Program-made: the position numbers and the translations under genes
Source of the DNA: Camelus dromedarius
Lineage: Eukaryota
Assembly (NCBI RefSeq): GCF_036321535.1
Contig: NC_087460.1
Coordinates: forward strand, 2,356,001-2,420,000
Direction: 5' to 3'
Length of the DNA stretch: 64,000 bases
Shown: positions 61,490-64,000 of the stretch, piece after piece
How the letters are laid out: each line of letters opens with the position of its first letter
Position numbering within the stretch: position 1 is the stretch's first letter
Notes under the pieces: model-generated
Seen by the model: only the letters and a program-made list of their open reading frames with translations
The model's database searches: none
What the model was told of the DNA's origin: nothing

Positions 61490-62215
61490 ATGACTTACAC
61501 ATGGCTGTTTTTGTCCTGTATAGATTTTTGAACAGCTTTTCTGAGCTATATAGTTCACATGTAACTACCAGTAGCGCCTCTGTTAAAGCGTACAGGTGAT
61601 TTTTAGATCTTGGGTAAATGGAATCATGCAGTATGTAGTCTTCTGTGCCTGGCTTGTTTGGCTTAGCAAAAGGCTCACCCATGTTGTAGCATATATCAGA
61701 ATTCACTCCTTTTGACTGTTGAATACTTTTCCATTTTGTGGAGAGGCCACATTTTGTTTCTCCACTCATCAGTTGATGGACGTTTGGGTTGTTTCCACAT
61801 TACAAATGATGCTTCTCTGAACATTTGTGTGCAAGTTTTTGTGCAGAAATGTTTTCATTTTGCTTGGGTAATATAGCCAAGTATAATTATGCCAAGGTTT
61901 ACCTAATACACCTTGGGAAAAGGAGTGGAATTGCTGGGTCATACAGTAGCTCTATGGTTAATATTTCAAGGAGCTGCCAGACTGTTTTCCAAAGTCACTG
62001 AACCATTTTACATACCCACCCGCGATGTGTGAGGCTCCCGGTTTCTCCACCTTCCTGCCAGCACTCACTACTGCCGTCTCTGATTAGAGCCGTCTTAGTG
62101 GGTGTGAGTGGGTGCTCATTGTAGCCTTGACTTGCATTTCCCTGGTGGCTGACGATGCTGAGCATTTACAGTGGCCATCTGAACGTTCTCTTTGGAGAAA
62201 TGTCTACCCAGATCC
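61490..62215 (-). mobile_element. L1M 3' fragment, antisense to TULP3
   Basis: gttgatggacgtttgggttgtttccac...aggagtggaattgctgggtcatacagtagctctatg...ccagactgttttccaaag. Confidence 0.75.
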
Positions 62216-64000
62216 CTTACAGTGAGAACTCTCTTCCAGTGTGTGTTCCTGGCTGGTCACGATTCTCGTTCCTGAGAACACGATGCTCGAGAAGTTAAAC
62301 TGAAGATGAGCAGGCTGAGCGGTAAGCCAGGAGTCAGAGGAAACAGAGTGAGGGAGGCCCGAGGGGCAGTTCGTCCAGGCCATGGATTCCTGTCCTCAGA
62401 GCAAGCGAGCTCCCCGGGAAGCAGGTGCTCTGCTCTCCAGAGTCACTGTCTCTCTTTCAAGGACAGGCGGCCACATTTTTTGCACTATGGCTGCCCTTTT
62501 CTGGACCACAAGCAGAATACTCCTTTTCTGTAGAACTCTTTTTTCTTTACATGTGTTAATAAAGTGGATTCTGCAGCTTGTGTTTTGTTCCGTCGGTTGT
62601 TTCACGGTTCCGAGGCTGTTTGAGGCTGGATAGCTGCGGCCGTGGGGTAAGCTGGGCCTGTCCCTCGTGTCTGTGTTCTTCCTGTGTCTGCAGGCAGGTC
62701 ACTTCATGTCCGTCACACAGGACTTCTTTGTTGCTAGACCCTCATCAACAGCTTCTGTGGGAGGACTCATTACGGCTGCCTGTGTGTTCTGTGTTCCTGG
62801 TGCACTGAGGCCCGCTGTGCGCGGTAATTCATGGGTCTCAGAACAATCTCAGAACCTCCAGTTATTCCTTTCCACTTGCTCTAAGCTTTCTCTTCATTCT
62901 TGACAGTATAATCCATTCGGCACATTATTTTAGCTCCCCAGTCTTTTTCCTTACGTACGAGGTTGGGTGAAAAAGAATAGTAATATTTTTTGTCTTCTGA
63001 ATTTATCTGCAAGCTTTCATCAGCCTGGTTCTGGGGAGAAACACTTCCTTTCCGTGAACAGTCTCACCCCTTGGATTAGCTCCTCTTCTTAGTGGCACTT
63101 TTTAAAAGCAATATCAATGAAGAAAGTCAGTATATGGCTTCTTGCCTAAGAAATCATTACACAGGTTATGGTATCTTTGCTTTTAAATCATGGCTTACTT
63201 TTAGCTTGGGGCTTGGCATGCTCCTGTACTGAGACATCCCAGATCCATAGTGGTTTCTGTGTATTATAAAATCTTACTTGCCAAGGCTTAAAGATAGTGC
63301 ATACGTGCTGGTATCTTCCTTTCCATCTTGTTGGATTTTTTCCTCTTAGTCTTTCATGCTTTTTCCTGACTTTTCTTGCAACCTTGTTTATCTTACTTGT
63401 ATCCATAGAGTTGATTACTTTATAATTGGAATGTTCCAGCTGCCTTTCTTTCCCGTTCTACCCTTGGCCCTAATTTGTTTGATTACTGATTATGTAAAAC
63501 TGAGCAAGAAAGCCAAACTTACTGCTCTTCAGCTGATTAAAACATGAAAATATTTTAGGGTTTAGAGGAAAAAATGTTTTTTTTTTCCTTCCAATTACAG
63601 AAGTAAGAAAATTTAGAAACTACAGAAAAGTAGAAAAAGGAAAAATAATAACCCCTGTTCTACCACCCGGGGAACTCACCGTTACCGTGTCTCTTCACCT
63701 TTTCTCCTGCTCGTGTGTGTTTGTATATTTTAAACTTGTGATTGTGCTTTTGTAATAATATGTTAATTACTATGTATTTTTAGTAGACTTGGATCATGGT
63801 ATTGGCTTGGCTAAAAATGTATTTGTATCATTGTAAATAGATCTTTATAGGTGTTTAGTAAACATGTATTAAGTGAAGTGAATGAATCCTTACCCCTCTC
63901 TGTGCCTCGATTTCCCTATATCTTAAGTGGGAAAGTCTAATTTACAAGAGGTTTTGTAAGGATCCGTGAGAAACTGTGTGTTTGAAGAGCTGGCTCTCAT

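Noticed and set aside
58174-64000. Apparent absence of TULP3 exon 3
   Set aside because: Not evidence of gene loss; this intron is long in human (recalled about 11 kb), so exon 3 most likely lies beyond the window.

Overview
Eukaryotic (mammalian) genomic DNA, not prokaryotic. The tRNA-derived SINE family and an artiodactyl-type Tigger1 derivative point to a cetartiodactyl, most likely a camelid (inference). The window is the region syntenic to human 12p13.33: the last three exons of ITFG2 (+), complete NRIP2 (-, 6 coding exons, 240 aa from ATG 10795), complete TEX52 (-, 3 exons, 303 aa), complete FOXM1 (-, 756 aa c-type isoform with exon A1), RHNO1 (+, 240 aa, head-to-head with FOXM1 on a CpG-island bidirectional promoter) and exons 1-2 of TULP3 (+). 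All exons were placed by reading GT-AG boundaries and checking frame continuity. There are three N gaps and many SINE, LINE and DNA-transposon remnants. No CRISPR array or bona fide RNA gene was found. Best leads: (1) mirrored post-transcriptional control of the FOXM1/RHNO1 pair: upstream ORFs at both start codons, including a 67-codon strong-Kozak ORF overlapping the weak RHNO1 ATG, plus perfect Pumilio elements in both 3'UTRs; (2) a CpG island inside TEX52 with a GC-shifted exon 2 protein sequence and candidate alternative first-exon donors; (3) an RFX X-box/CRE-like TEX52 promoter about 0.6 kb past the FOXM1 poly(A) signal; (4) a duplicated poly(A) cassette in RHNO1. Gene identities and human/mouse comparisons are from recalled orthologue sequences and need alignment to confirm. 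Repeat boundaries are approximate.
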